Shown here piece after piece: positions 1 to 14,275 of a stretch of 64,000 bases of DNA. Position 1 is the first letter of the stretch, and each line of letters opens with the position of its first letter. The position numbers were made by a program, and so were the translations under genes. Source of the stretch: the human T2T-CHM13v2.0 reference genome, Homo sapiens. Below the pieces are notes generated by a model, which did no database searches, was not told the origin of the DNA, and was given only the letters and a program-made list of their open reading frames with translations. The stretch lies in NCBI RefSeq assembly GCF_009914755.1, contig NC_060930.1; one strand, given 5' to 3'.

Positions 1-480
1 GGGGGACACCATGTTAGTCAAGTGACTAAAGTTAACAGCATCGATTTTAAGACAAACTATCCTTATACACTTTTCTGAAATGTTGCATCATTATTGGCTC
101 CTGAATGGGAGAAAGTATAAAGAACATTTTGGAGATAATTAACAAGATCTGAATATGAACTATTGATTACATAATAGTATTATATGACTGTAAAATGTCC
201 CAGTTTTTATGATTGTACTGGCTATGTATGGAAGTTAATGTCCTTAGCAACTATACACTAAAGTGTATGTAGTAATAAAAAGGTTGGGAAAAATTTCACA
301 GATATGAAAACTACATTTATATATTACATATGTGTAAAAGTAAGGCAAATGTAAATGAATGATGACTCTGGAAAAGGGTATTTAAAGTTCTGTATTATAC
401 TTGCAACTTTAAAAATTACATTAAAAATACATTATAAATGTAAAATGTAGTAAACTACATTAAATAAAAAGATGACAATA
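1..480 (+). mobile_element. Ancient L1 (L1MC/L1ME-like) 3' UTR fragment
   Basis: Degenerate resemblance to old L1M 3' ends (e.g. 'gaactattgattacataatagtattat...gattgtactggctatgta', 'aagttctgtattatacttgcaacttt') followed by an A-rich end; boundaries approximate. Confidence 0.5.
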
Positions 481-569
481 AAAAGAACACTTGTGGTTAT
501 GATACTTCCTGCCAGATCAAGGCCTTAGCATCTACTGTTTTGTCTACTCTGAAGAATTTACTACCTCAC

Positions 570-860
570 TTATAGATCTGAGCCTAAATGACACTTCCCT
601 AGAAGAGCTTTCCTTGAACCTTTCCTGGTTTAAACTAATCACCCATCCATTTTATTCATGAAGCCTTGTCATTTTTACTTTATAGTACTTAGTACAACTT
701 GTAATTACATGTTTAGTATTATTATTTGTTTTCTTTCTCCCACTAGACTATAAAGTTTGTGAGGGAAGGAATTGTGTCTGTCTTATTCACTAACAAATAC
801 TCGGCAAATAGCAAAATCTGTATGTATAGTAAGCGATTGAAAAACATTAGGCAAATTTAT
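570..860 (+). mobile_element. L2 LINE 3' end remnant
   Basis: Typical L2 3' motif 'cccactagactataaagtttgtgagggaaggaattgtgtctgtcttattcac'. Confidence 0.6.
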
Positions 861-2059
861 AACTATTTTAATATCTGTATATACTATATATCTATATATA
901 ATATCTTTGCTCTGGATGTGCACTTAGGAAGGCAGAGAAAATTTAAGTGTCTCTGATTTAGGTGGTATGTGATAATAATGTAGATACAAGTAATATAAAA
1001 ATATTTTAGAACATTGATGGTGATTCAAATTTTAGAGCTCAACCCATCTTATTTTTGTTATTTAAGTTACTAATGCCCCCCAAAGTATAAATATTTATAA
1101 AATTATTTTTAAGAAGACTTTGGGAAATTATTAATGGTAAGCTTGAAGGTTGGAGTAGATATTTCTAAAATTAGTTGCCAAATTTATAAATACATTAATA
1201 AAAATTTCACTATCAATAATTTTTATTTCAAATAAAATTCAACTTTAGGTTATTATGGCTTTAAGATAGTGTCTAATGGGAAGCAAATAAACATTAATGC
1301 AAGACTTTTCAAGGTGAAATAGACTTAGAGCACCAGTTTTATGATGTTTAGACTTTTTCCTAATACTTAAGAAATTGTATGATGAAATCAGAAAATACAG
1401 AAAAATAAGAAGCCTGGAATAAAAATTTCCTGATATCCTGTCACTTACCTCACCACAGTTAGCTTGGTGAACTTATTTCTAGTGTTTTCTTACACATATA
1501 GGTATACATAAAATTAGGGTCATGTTCTAAGTGTAGAATCGTTTCTTGAGTTTTCTCCACCACTTAACAGTGAGTATTTCTCCATAATATTATTTTTTTT
1601 TAAAAAAATGGCCAATTAACATATGCTGGTAAACAAGTCCATCATAAAGGCTTAAACCAACAAATATTTCATTTTTGCTTATGTTTTGTGTTTATTGAAT
1701 GTTGCTAGGGACTTGTCCATGTCATTGTGCATTAGGGATCCAAACTGATGAAGTAGACACTATCCAAAGTTCTCTAGATTGTTGTGATAGAGGGAAATAA
1801 AAGTTGCAAAACACACTCTGCCCTTAAAATGTCTTCCCAGAAGTTAAACAATCACTGTAACCACTGGGCAGTTCTTGTGAGGCGTTCCAAATGTGAGTTT
1901 GGAAATGTCCCTATATCCCACTCATTGAAAAGTAGCTCCTCCATCCATTGTTCTTCATAACCCTCGGGTTCCACTCAGTTGTTAGGTTCATTATCTGCCT
2001 TCTAAGTTATTGCAGGTGATAGTTTATGAAATGTTTCCTTATTGTATAACATGGATCAC

Positions 2060-2335
2060 TTTATCTCCCTTCCTCCCTCCCTCCCTTCCTCCCTCCCTTC
2101 TCTTTTTCCTTCCTTCCTTCCTTCCTTCCCTTTTTCCTTCCTTCCTTCCCTTTTTTTTCTTCTTTCCCTTCCCTCCCTCCCTCTCTCTTTCTCTTTCTTT
2201 TCTTTCCTTTCTCTCTTTCTTTCTTTCTCTTTCTTTTCTTTCTTTTTTCTCCTCTTTCTTTCACCCTCCCTGTCTTTCTTTCTTCTTTCTTTCTTTTTCT
2301 TTCTTTCTCTCTTTCTTCTCTTTCTTTCTTTTTTT
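2060..2335. repeat. CT-rich low-complexity tract (CCTT/CTTT) forming the expanded tail of the adjacent Alu
   Basis: About 275 bp of almost pure C/T directly abutting 'ttttttgagacaggg'. Confidence 0.95.
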
Positions 2336-2612
2336 TGAGACAGGGTCTTCTCTGTCTGTACTCTGCAGTGGTGTGATCTTGGCTCCCTGCTGCCTTAACC
2401 TCCCAGGCTCAGGTGATCCTTCTGCCTCAGCATCCCCTAGTAGCTGGGACTACAAGTGTTTGCTCCTACACCCAATGAATTTTTGTATTTTTTTAGAGAT
2501 GAGTTTTCACTACTTTGCTCAGGCTTGTCTTGAACTCCTGAGCTCAGGCAATCTGCCCACCTTGGCCTCCCAAAGTGCTGGGATTACAGGTGTGAGCCAC
2601 CAAACCTGGCAC
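2336..2612 (-). mobile_element. Alu (AluJ-like)
   Basis: Reverse Alu: 'gagacagggtct...cctcccaggctcaggtgatcct...ctcccaaagtgctgggattacaggtgtgagccacc'; high divergence and 'gacagggtct' suggest AluJ. Confidence 0.9.
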
Positions 2613-2631
2613 CATAATTTCAATCTCTCTC

Positions 2632-3614
2632 ATTTTTTATTAGACTTTTACTTTAGGTTCAGGGGTACATGTGCAGGTTTGTTACGTAGGTAAATCGTAT
2701 TTCATAGGGTTTGTTGTATAGACTATTTCACCACCCAGGTGATAAGCATAGTATATGATAGGTAGTTTTTTAGTCCTTAAAAAACTAAACCACCCTCAAG
2801 TAGGCCTCAGAGTCTACTTTTCCCTTCTTTGTGTTCATGTGTACTCAGTGTTTAGTTCTCACTTATGAATGAGAGTGTGAGGTATTTGGTTTTCTGTGCC
2901 TACGTTACTTTGCTTAAGAAAATGGTCTTCAGCTCCATCCATGTTCCTGCAAAAGGCATCATCTAATTCTTTTTCTGTGGCTGCTTAGTATTCCATGGTG
3001 TATATGTAGCACATTTTCTTTAGCCAGTCTACCCCAGGAGAGGCCGGCAGACAAGGGAGCACTCAGATTAGACTGGTCCCATCCCACAGGTAAGATAGCC
3101 CTGCTCCGTTCAGGTCTGGCAGTTACCATAGGCTGAGACCACCTAGAGGAGCATGGTGAGCTTTGGGGGAATGGGCGTCTCTGGCCATGCTCCACTGCAG
3201 CCGTTCCTGTGTCAGACCCTCTGGGCTTTTCACAGGCTGAAGTCCTGTCCTTGCCACCTTTCCAAATAGCTCTCCCTGCCAGCTCAAGTGTCCGCGGGGT
3301 CATGGGGTCTCCTGCAGTTGGGATTCTGGAGGTCTGTGGCGAGAGTGGCCACTCCTCGTGTGTTCAACGGACCTCTTCCCCAGGAGTCACTGCGGGCCAA
3401 GAACATGGGCCAGAAACGAGTCCGGGTACTCTGCAACTCCGTGCAAAGTTCCGAGGTTTCTCACCCTCCAGCCCAGGTTCTATGTCCTCCCTCTGTCCAC
3501 CCTCAATGCCTTCCCTCCGAAGATCGGCTCGGAGTATGCCAGTCTTCCTGATATCCTGGTCTGTTGTGGAAGATGTTCTTCCTGGCTATGTCACTGACCA
3601 TCTTGGCCCCTCTC
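2632..3614 (-). mobile_element. L1 (L1PA15/16-L1PB-like), 3' end joined directly to 5' UTR (internally deleted)
   Basis: 2640-3030 is a reverse L1 3' end ('ggttcaggggtacatgtgcaggtttgttac...acattttctttagccagtct'). 3030-3614 is GC-rich and ends in 'gaccatcttggcccctctc', the reverse complement of an L1 5' start with the YY1-type CAAGATGG. Confidence 0.7.
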
Positions 3615-4338
3615 AGTTTCAGGCTTTACTATCATATCCCTCATCATCTGCCATGTGATCCTTTTGCCAGTGCCTCATATTTTAATTTCCTAACATTTGT
3701 TTCAGGCTGATTGAGAACCTACCTGGAACATTGTTTTGATTGCCAGAGGGAAAGAGAACATGGCAGAGTATGTACTAGATTTTGAAGTCATCAAAAAATA
3801 ACCCACATCATTTCTCTTCACATTTTATTGGCAAATCATATTAAACAGCCAGGTCTGCATTCGATAGGACAGGGATGTGCAATTTTACCATCTGCCTAGA
3901 AGGGGAGAAAAAATAAAATATTTATAAACATTCCTAATGTATTCAATTTATGAAAAATACTCTACTTTCAAAATACTCAAGGAAATAACAAATAGGAACT
4001 TGATAATGTTTCTGCTTCTAAAATTGGCATATTCATCAAAAGATGAAACTCTCAGAGTTTGCAAAAGCTCGTGAAGCAACCATTCTCATTTGCTATATAC
4101 AGTGATCTATCTGGGAATGTGGAATGTTATAAAATTTCTACAGCACAATTTGACCATATCTATTAACTCTTAGATCTTCTAAGAAATTTATAATTAGAGC
4201 CAGTAATTCAGTTTTTCAGAATATAAACTGACATTTAGACACAAATTCATATTGAATTATTGGCAGTAGTAGTAACAATAATCAAAACAAGGAGTGTAAA
4301 TATGTTCAACAATAGGAAAGTGGTTAAATAGATTTTAA

Positions 4339-4674
<336 letters not shown>

Positions 4675-4890
4675 AATTTGCAGCTATTTCAATTATGTTT
4701 TAAATACCAGAAAACATAGGAATATTTTCTGATATAATGCACACGAAAAAACGCAAACTCCGCTGGTAGTGAGTTGGGAGAAGTGCATAAAGGTAGATTG
4801 GGTAACAACAGAGATCCAGGTAAAAGGTGGATCCCTTTGTGTTCTTTCATTTTTTGTGTTTTCTGAAGATATGATCGATATAGGAAAAAT

Positions 4891-6182
<1,292 letters not shown>

Positions 6183-6565
6183 CCAGCTAGATTGAAGCCA
6201 AATTACATACCAAAAACAGTTCTGAAAAGGTGCATATGATGAATTTTATCAAGAGATCAGAGGGTTCAAAGTGTTTGAAGACTTTGATTCTGATGGAATA
6301 ATTTTTGGCTTGGAATAACTGGTAATTTAATTATAAGGATATTAAAATCCCTAACTAAAGGCGTAGACAGGATGGTTATAGAATAATAGTATACAAGTGG
6401 AAGGCAATCCATCAAAGTCTCCTGACTACCCTGAAGTTGATAGGAAATTGACATGACTTGTCTCAAGGAACAGAGTACATTGGGGGAACTTCTGAAAAGA
6501 AAGGAGTTTCTAACTTTGAAGACATGTCATATGGGTTCAGCATTGCTTCCTAAACAGAAGAAGAC

Positions 6566-6887
6566 TTTTCTTTCTTTCCTTTTTTTTTTTTTTTTTTTTT
6601 CCTGAGACAGATTCCTACTCTGTCACCCACGCTGGAGTGAGTGGCGCGATCTGGGCTAACTGCAACTTCTGACTCCTGGGTTCAAGCGATTCTCTTGCCC
6701 CAGCCTCCTGAGTATCTGGGATTACAGGCGTGTACCACCATGCCCTGCTAATTTTTTTGTACTTTTAGTAGAGATGGGGTTTCGCCATGTTGGCCAGGCT
6801 GGTCTCGAACTCCTGACCTCATGTGATCTGCCCACCTTGGCCCCCACAAAGTACTGGGATTACAGGCGTGAACCACCGCGCCCAGCC
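6566..6887 (-). mobile_element. AluS
   Basis: Poly-T followed by a reverse Alu body; degenerate TSD AACAGA(A/G)GAAG on both sides. Confidence 0.93.
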
Positions 6888-7029
6888 AACAGAGGAAGGA
6901 TTTTCTAATTGTTGACAGAATTTAGTGAAATCACCAGAGCCTGGAAAATAGGAAAATGAGTTCAAAGGTCATTACCATCATTGAAGATAAGGAAAGACTA
7001 AGAAGATTCTCATCACAATGGAGTACTTC

Positions 7030-7971
7030 TTATTTCTTACAGAAAAAGATTCTTGGCATCAGCCTCTTGAAGGCCTCCTTCATATCTTTATTTCTAAGGC
7101 TGTAGATGAGGGAGTTCAACATGGATGTGATGATTCCATAGAAGAGGGAAACCATCTTTCCCCAGTCCTTAGAGGTGGATGAAGGTGGTTGAAGATACAT
7201 ATAAATGGCTGTTCCATAAAAGAGGGACACCACAATCATGTGGGACCCACATGTCCCAAATGCTTTTTGCCGTCCTTCTGCTGACCTGATTTTTAATACT
7301 GCTTGAGCTATGAAGCCATAGGAGATGAGGATCAATGTCACTGGAATTAGAAGAATTAGTACACTAAAGAAGAAGAGCTCAGCCTCAATAGGCTTTGTGT
7401 CAGCACATGACAACTTGAGAAGTGCAGGCACCTCACAGAAAAAGTGGTCCACTTCCTGGTGACCACAGCGTGGCATGTTAAGAGTCAAGGAAGACTGCAG
7501 CACTGAGTTGCCGAAACCAATGAGCCATGAGAAGGCTGCCATCCTTAGGCAGAACCAATAATTCATGATGACTACATAGTGGAGGGGTCTGCAAACAGCC
7601 ACATATCTGTCAAAGGACATAACAGCCAGAAGGAGACACTCTGTAGCACCTAGGGCCAGGAAGATGATGAGGTGGGCCACACAGCCAGCATAGCTGATGG
7701 TCTTTTTGTTGCAACCAATATTTACCAACATATGAGGGACTGTAGTTGTGGTATAGCAGAGATCTAAGATGGAGAGATTAGTGAGAAAGAAATACATGGG
7801 AGTATGAAGTTTGGGATCCAGAATGCACACCATCATGATGGACACATTGCCAAATATGGTGATTGTGTATGATATTAACAGGACCACAAAAAGGGGCATT
7901 TGTAGCCAAGCCCTATCTGAGAAGCCAAGTAGTATAAACTCTTTTGGGGAGCTCTCATTTTCCCAATTCAT
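7030..7971 (-). CDS. OR2B3: Olfactory receptor family 2 subfamily B member 3 (313 aa, intronless 7TM GPCR)
   Basis: Intact ORF with N-glycosylation site NES and motifs [47 protein letters not shown]-terminus MNWENESSPKEF recognised as OR2B3. Splice acceptor (tttttttAG, 7995-7996) lies just upstream of the ATG. Confidence 0.95.
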   Translation of the reverse strand: MNWENESSPKEFILLGFSDRAWLQMPLFVVLLISYTITIFGNVSIMMVCILDPKLHTPMYFFLTNLSILDLCYTTTTVPHMLVNIGCNKKTISYAGCVAHLIIFLALGATECLLLAVMSFDRYVAVCRPLHYVVIMNYWFCLRMAAFSWLIGFGNSVLQSSLTLNMPRCGHQEVDHFFCEVPALLKLSCADTKPIEAELFFFSVLILLIPVTLILISYGFIAQAVLKIRSAEGRQKAFGTCGSHMIVVSLFYGTAIYMYLQPPSSTSKDWGKMVSLFYGIITSMLNSLIYSLRNKDMKEAFKRLMPRIFFCKK

Positions 7972-9369
7972 GATGACTCACTTATTTCGCACTCCTAAAA
8001 AAATGTAAGATAGGAAAGCAATCAATGTTTGTTTATTGAATACTCTTACTGGAGCTGAATTAAATTTAATGAATAGCTCAGCATCAAATACAATTTACAG
8101 TCAAGTGGATAAAGCCCTTGTAAAGTATAATATGGTTATGTTTAAGCTTAAAAGTAGTTCCTGTGTTTTCAGTAGTGTTTAAATTACTTTAAAGAAAATC
8201 ATTACATTTAAATGACATAAAGTATGTAACATATGCATAACACATGGAAAATTGTGAGTTCTCAATGCATTTTATGTTCTCTCCTCTTCTTACCTCCTAA
8301 CCTATCTTAATAAACAGTTTAGAAAGAAATATTACTTTTACTCCAATTATTTTAAATTTGGCCTGAAAATGCTGAGTAATATAGAGGTTATAAGAGTTGA
8401 ATCTAAATCTGCAATTGATCTAAAGAAATTTTGCTTCTTTTAGTAACATCTTTACGTGTTTTTTTGAGTTGTGTCTGTCTCCTAAATGCCATGCATGTAG
8501 GTCCATTTCCACAAAGAACTACCGTGGGTATTAGTAATAAAATTATGGCTACTTGTGATATATAGTAATGACCACAGATGTCATCTCCCCATCTGCAAAT
8601 ACCTTAATTAAAATAGCAAAACTGATAACATAATTGTTGCTTTACTTAACATGTGCCAGAAACTGCTCAGTGTGTGAAATACATTCTTTGTAATTCTCAT
8701 CAAACCCCTCACAGTCATGGTTTGCATTTTATTGCTTCTGTGATTCAGTAAGAATAAATAATTTGCACACTCATTATTGGTGAGGTCAAGACTAACACCT
8801 AGGATTTAAAGATCATTCTTTCTTTTATACCGTATTTCCCCCTAAATACACAGATAGTACAATAAGAATGACTGCATACAGCACAAAAGTGGTCATAAAT
8901 TAAAATAGAAACAAACCAAAAGTCATATATTCAAGTTGATTTTCTTCAGTCTGTAAAAGTCATCAGTTATTTAGTTATATTACCTAAGTGCACCTAAGTT
9001 TCTTCAGTCTACTTTGCATGTTTAAATGAAATGTCATCGAGGTGGTTTACACCATTTGAATTTGCAAGCATAAAAATAGAAAGATAGACTGAAGAGAGAA
9101 GAGAAAATAAGTATTGACACAATTTACCACAGAATAAGATAACTTTTCCAGAGTAAAAACACTGATATATAAAGTATAATTTGATAATGGAATGAATAAA
9201 TGAAAATGAACAGAGATGACCTTGAGATTTTTAACTTCTTCCATTATATATGATTTTTTTTAGCTATAGATACACATTATTTTTTGGCAAATAACAGTAA
9301 TACACCTTTGGTTGAAAAATAGAAGAGAATATGAGATTAGGCTTTTTTGAATGTCCATGTAAATTTACA

Positions 9370-9500
9370 AAATGATAAATATGTAAGGTAATACATACAT
9401 TAGATAACTTGATTTAGCCACTTTATAATGTACACATATATCAAAACATCATGTTGTACACTATAAATATATACAATTTTTACTCATTAATACAATTTTT
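9370..9500 (+). mobile_element. L1M (L1MA/MB) 3' terminal fragment
   Basis: 'cttgatttagccactttataatgtacacatatatcaaaacatcatgttgtacactataaatatatacaatttt'. Confidence 0.7.
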
Positions 9501-9809
9501 TATATCAGAAAAAGACTACACAGAAAGATAAAACATAAATGGCAAGATAGAAAAATATACAATGTTTATGGAAAAAATGGTTATTATATTAAAATATAAA
9601 TAATTATTACATAATAAATAGAAAAAGATCAAAAGTCCAATGGAAAAAAATGAGCAATGGACATAAATAAGCAGTTTGGGGAAGAAAACAACATAAAATG
9701 ACAGTGAAAGTATAAAAGATTATAACTTTTTCATTATTGAAGAAACACAAATAAAAACAAGAAGAAAGTATCACATTGTCTTCCTACTTAGTAGCATTAA
9801 AAAAAATCA

Positions 9810-10040
9810 CTGTTAAAGGTTAGCTGTTAGGTACAGTGCCTCTGGAGCCAGAATCTGCCAGGGTTTTATTACTGGATTGTGTGATCCTGGGCAATGAATG
9901 AACATTCTTGTGCTACATTAAAAAACAATCTCTGACTTGATAAAAAGAGAGTATTGTGAAGCTCAAGTGAGACAATGTATACACATCTGAACTTAGGACC
10001 CTGTCCCAAGCATACTAAGCATTTAATGAATGTGAGCTTG
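9810..10040 (+). mobile_element. MIR SINE
   Basis: 'ctctggagccaga...tgtgtgatcctgggcaatg...gtattgtgaagctcaagtgagacaatgtat...taagcatttaatgaatgtgagct'. Confidence 0.65.
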
Positions 10041-11736
10041 ATATCAATAGCAGTATCATTAATACTAATCACTAATAAGTCATTAATAGTAATACTATAT
10101 CATTATCTCAGCTTGTCTTGTATATGAGAAAACAGAAAATTTACTATTGGTGGTTCAAATGATTGTTATAATTTCATAATATTATAACATGAAATTATTG
10201 AATTTCATATTATCACTTTGTCTTTGTTTCTAGCATAATATACTGAGTACATAGTTTTCCAGTAAATGGAAGTTAAATCAATGTAGTAGGTGATATCTGG
10301 TTATCTAAAGGGCATGGAATAAAAGAGGACCCTATTCAGTAGCTGTTATTTTCTACTCCTATTTTTTCACGTCCTCTTCTCTTCACATTTTATATGGCAC
10401 TGATAATTTCTCTTATTTTCTTCATATTTTATATGGCGCCAATTTCTCTTTTACGTTATCAGAAAATGAACTTACCTCTTGACAAGAACATGTTGATTCC
10501 ACTGTCACGTTGACTTTTTGTCCTATTTCTATTTTCTACATGAATCAAAAGAAATCTTAAATCCCACTGACCGTTTTTATGTACGGAGATATAATGAGCA
10601 AACCATTCAAAAGGGTGAAAGGATACGAAGGATTTTTGGAATCACTGAAAATACTTCATATTAATTTCAAAGTTCCCAGGAAACAAATTGGGCATTCTGA
10701 TTATTTAACATGATGCAACTCAGAGGCAGGGATGTAGGTGAGATGTTCTTGAGAGATCCTTCCCACTCATGGTAATATAATACACTGTATTAGACGCCAC
10801 TCACCTTTTTTCTAAATGTCCAAGAGATATTCACGCCTTTCTTTGTGCTGTGTTTCAAAGGAAGTCTGGTTCAAAGACAGATTAATAAATGCAGTTGAGT
10901 TTTTGAATTTTCAATCCTTACGACATTCTAACTCAACTACCTTTTGCCCACTGACCAAGAATGAAATTAGCATGAAACCTGGACTGCATCAAGAACATGT
11001 GAGAAAAATACTTATGAGGAGAGGAAAATGTGTATAGTTAGTGTGTCTTCAGTCATTGGGGCATTTTTGACTGACATGGGCTCTCCTCACCAGGTTCCTA
11101 GTGGATTTCTACAACGAGAAGTTGACTTTATAGACATCAACAACATTGGAAGTGTCATGGAAAGAAAGTTATGCCTTTAAATAAAGCCAACCAATATTTA
11201 TTAAGGGAGTACCACTCACACAATTCTGTGTCCTCTTTTTAGCCCTAGAGATTCTAGAGTCCCTCAAGTTTAATTGGTCATTATGTCCAGAGAGTCAATA
11301 AGTCAACTCTATTCCTAACTGGGCTGGTTGCATAATACTACCACATATGTCGTTCACAAATTCTAAAACTAGGGTGAAGATTAGAGTAACAAAAATAAAC
11401 AATGAAAAATAAATTTAAAGTTGTTTAATTAGGAAAGCACAAGGTTTAATGAACTTATAGCCCCAAATTCCTTTTAAATAGTTGCAAGGTCAAATAGGGA
11501 GTCCTATGATGGCGTATAGGGAAAAATGATATTTCTATTTTCACTGATTTTAGTAATAAGTGTTTGTAAACTAAAGCTACCAGAGATCTGTAGGTTAAAA
11601 ATTATGTCATACAAAGTCACTTAACATATTAATATACACATTGAAATTTAAGGTTAGCATTAATTCACTGGGTCAGAACACACAGAAATTACATGAAATT
11701 GCAATAGGGGGAATAGTTTTTGAAAGAAGCAGCTGA

Positions 11737-12020
11737 GGGCTGGGGCGGTGGCTCACGCCTGTAATCCCAGCACTTTGGGAGGCCGAAGCGGACGGATCAC
11801 CTGAGGTCAGGAGTTCAAGACCAGCCTGGCCAACATGGTGAAACCTAGTGTCTACTAAAAATACAAAAAATTAGCTGGGCATGGTGGTGGGTGCTTGTAA
11901 TCTCAGCTACTCGGGAGGCAGAGGCGGGACAGGAGAATCGCTTGAACCTGGGGAGACAAGATAGGTCATTGCCCTCCAGCCTGGGCAACAAAAGCGAAAC
12001 TCCATCTCCAAAAAAAAAAA
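11737..12020 (+). mobile_element. AluS with rearranged/deleted right arm
   Basis: Canonical left arm; the right arm lacks the 'gcggaggttgcagtgagcc' segment; poly-A at about 12010-12020. Confidence 0.92.
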
Positions 12021-12404
12021 GCTGATTTATGCAAGTTATGACTTAATATGTGACTTAATAAGTGCTTATCCTAAGATCTTAGTAAAATAAAGAAGTTGTA
12101 ATTGAATTGAGCATCAGCCTAGATATAATCTTAAGGAAACTAATGTGCTCGTATTTTAATGTATCTATTTTTCCTCATTTTTCTTTTTGTGTAGAATATG
12201 ATCATTTTCTAAATTAGGACATTTTCTTAGCCTGTGATTTTTGTAACTATATGACATCTGTTGTAGCTAATAATTTATATATAAGTTTAATAGACATATA
12301 TACATACTTTCTATATGTAATATATATTTGTAATTAGTTTTCAAATACAATTTGTTGTGCTTGGATTATAATAGAAAAGTTATTTTATTTTTTGTGGTTT
12401 TACT

Positions 12405-13090
12405 TTTTTAAAAAAATTTTACCTTAAGTTCTGGGATACATGTGCAGAACATGCAGTATTGTTACATAGGTATATATGTGCCATGGTGGTTTGCTGCACC
12501 TATCAACCTGTCATTTAGGTTTTAAGCCCCTCATGCATTAGGTATTTGTCCTAACGCTCTCCTCCCTGTGCCGCCACCCTTCAACAGGCCCCAGTGTGTG
12601 ATGTTCCCCTTCCTGTGTCCACGTGTTCTTATTTTCAACTCCCACTTATGAGTGAGAACATGTGGTGTTTGGATTTCTGTTCCCGTGTTAGTTTGCTGAG
12701 AATGATGGTTTCCAGCTTCATCCATGTCCCGGCAAAGGACATGAACTCATTCTTTTCTATGGCTACATGGTGTATATGTACCACATTTTCTTTATCCAGT
12801 CTGTCACTGATGGGCATTTGGGTTGGTTCCAAGTCTTAGCTGTTGTAAATGGTGCTGCAATAAACATATGTGTGCATGTGTCTTTATAGTAGAATTATTT
12901 ATAATCCCTTGAGTATATACCCAGTAATGTGATTGCTGGGTTAAATAGTATTTCTGGCTCTAGATCTTTGAGAAATCGCCACACTGTCTTCCACAATGGC
13001 TGAACTAATTTACATTTCCACTAACAGTGTAAAAGTGTTCCTATTTCTCCCCAGCATTGCCAACATCTGTTGTTTCCTGACTTTTTTTTT
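12405..13090 (-). mobile_element. L1PA 5'-truncated 3' end
   Basis: Reverse L1 3' UTR and ORF2 C-terminus; the ORF track shows ...AIEKNEFMSFAGTWMKLETIILSKL... Confidence 0.93.
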
Positions 13091-13384
13091 CCCAATGAAA
13101 TGATTTGAATGGACACTTAAAACTGTTCATGAGTATACAAGATGATAAAGAAAACATTTATTAAATGAATAAAAGCTAAAAAGTGAAATGTTACAAGCAA
13201 ATATCAAATATCCCGAATCTCTAGAATTTTATTGTTGAATATGCCTTAGTTATTACAAGTGGTCTTTATTCTTGGTGACTTAGGGATTCCCAAGAAATGT
13301 GCAATCACTCCTGGCAACTCAAAGTAGTAATAAGTTAACCTCAAGAGAACAATCTTGGTTAAAAAAAAAATTTTAAGTGTATTT

Positions 13385-13772
13385 TATAAATTATTATTAT
13401 TTTTATTTTACTTTAAGTTCTGGGATATATGTGTAGAACGTGCAGGTTTGTTACATAGGTATACATGTGCCATAATGGTTTGCTGCACCTATCAACCTGT
13501 CATCTTTAAGCCCTGCATGCATTAGGTATTTGTCCTAATGCTCTCCCTCCCCTTGCCCCCCACCCCCTGACAGGCCCCGGTGTGTAAAGTTCCCCTCCCT
13601 GTGTCCATGTGTGCTCATTGTTCAACTCTCACTTATGAGTGAGAACATGAGGTGTTTGGTTTTCTGTTCCTGTGTTAGTTTGCTGAGAATGATGGCTTCC
13701 AGCTTCATCCGTATCCCTGCAAAGGACGTGAACTCATTCTTTTTTATGGCTACATAGTATTCCATGCTGTAT
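13385..13772 (-). mobile_element. L1PA 5'-truncated 3' end (second copy)
   Basis: 'ctttaagttctgggatatatgtgtagaacgtgcaggtttgttacatagg...ggctacatagtattccatg'. Confidence 0.92.
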
Positions 13773-13964
13773 AATTGTATTAATAGCACATCCAGGGGTG
13801 CAGCATTGCTACATGTCTTCTCTATCCAGGCACACTGATCGATCAGGGTAATTTATTTATTCATTGTTTGCAAGGTTCTATGCCAGCCAGCCAGTGCCAA
13901 GGACTTCAGAGATAAGCCACAATACCTGCCTATGTGTCTGGTTGGAACATGAACATGGAAACAA

Positions 13965-14275
13965 ACCATTTAATCATTTACTCAATAAATCTTTATGTCA
14001 TGGTGATAAGTGTCAGGCACTGTCATGTGCACAGGAGATATATTGATAATCAAAAGAAATAAAGTCTCTGTTCTAATGAAGCTTACATACTAGTAAGGAG
14101 ATAGAAAACTAATAATAAGTAAATAGATATATAATACAATGTCAGATAGTGATAAATGCTATGAAGAAAAAGAAAGCAGGGTAAGAGAATCAAAATTAGC
14201 TGAGGCTGTTACTTTAGACAGCATGGTCAGTCAGTTTCTGTGAGGGGGCAACATTTGACCTGAACAGAGTTAGGG
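13965..14275 (-). mobile_element. L2 remnant
   Basis: 'tcatttactcaataaat...tgtcaggcactgt...aagtctctgttctaatgaagcttacatactag...gtcagatagtgataaatgctatgaagaaaa'. Confidence 0.7.

Noticed and set aside
2010-2693. 227-aa and overlapping Phe/Leu/Ser- or Lys/Glu/Arg-rich ORFs
   Set aside because: Translation of a CT tract plus an antisense Alu; low complexity suppresses stop codons.
2959-3658. Several 79-149 aa ORFs in a GC-rich patch
   Set aside because: They lie in L1 5' UTR-like sequence and have no recognisable protein features.
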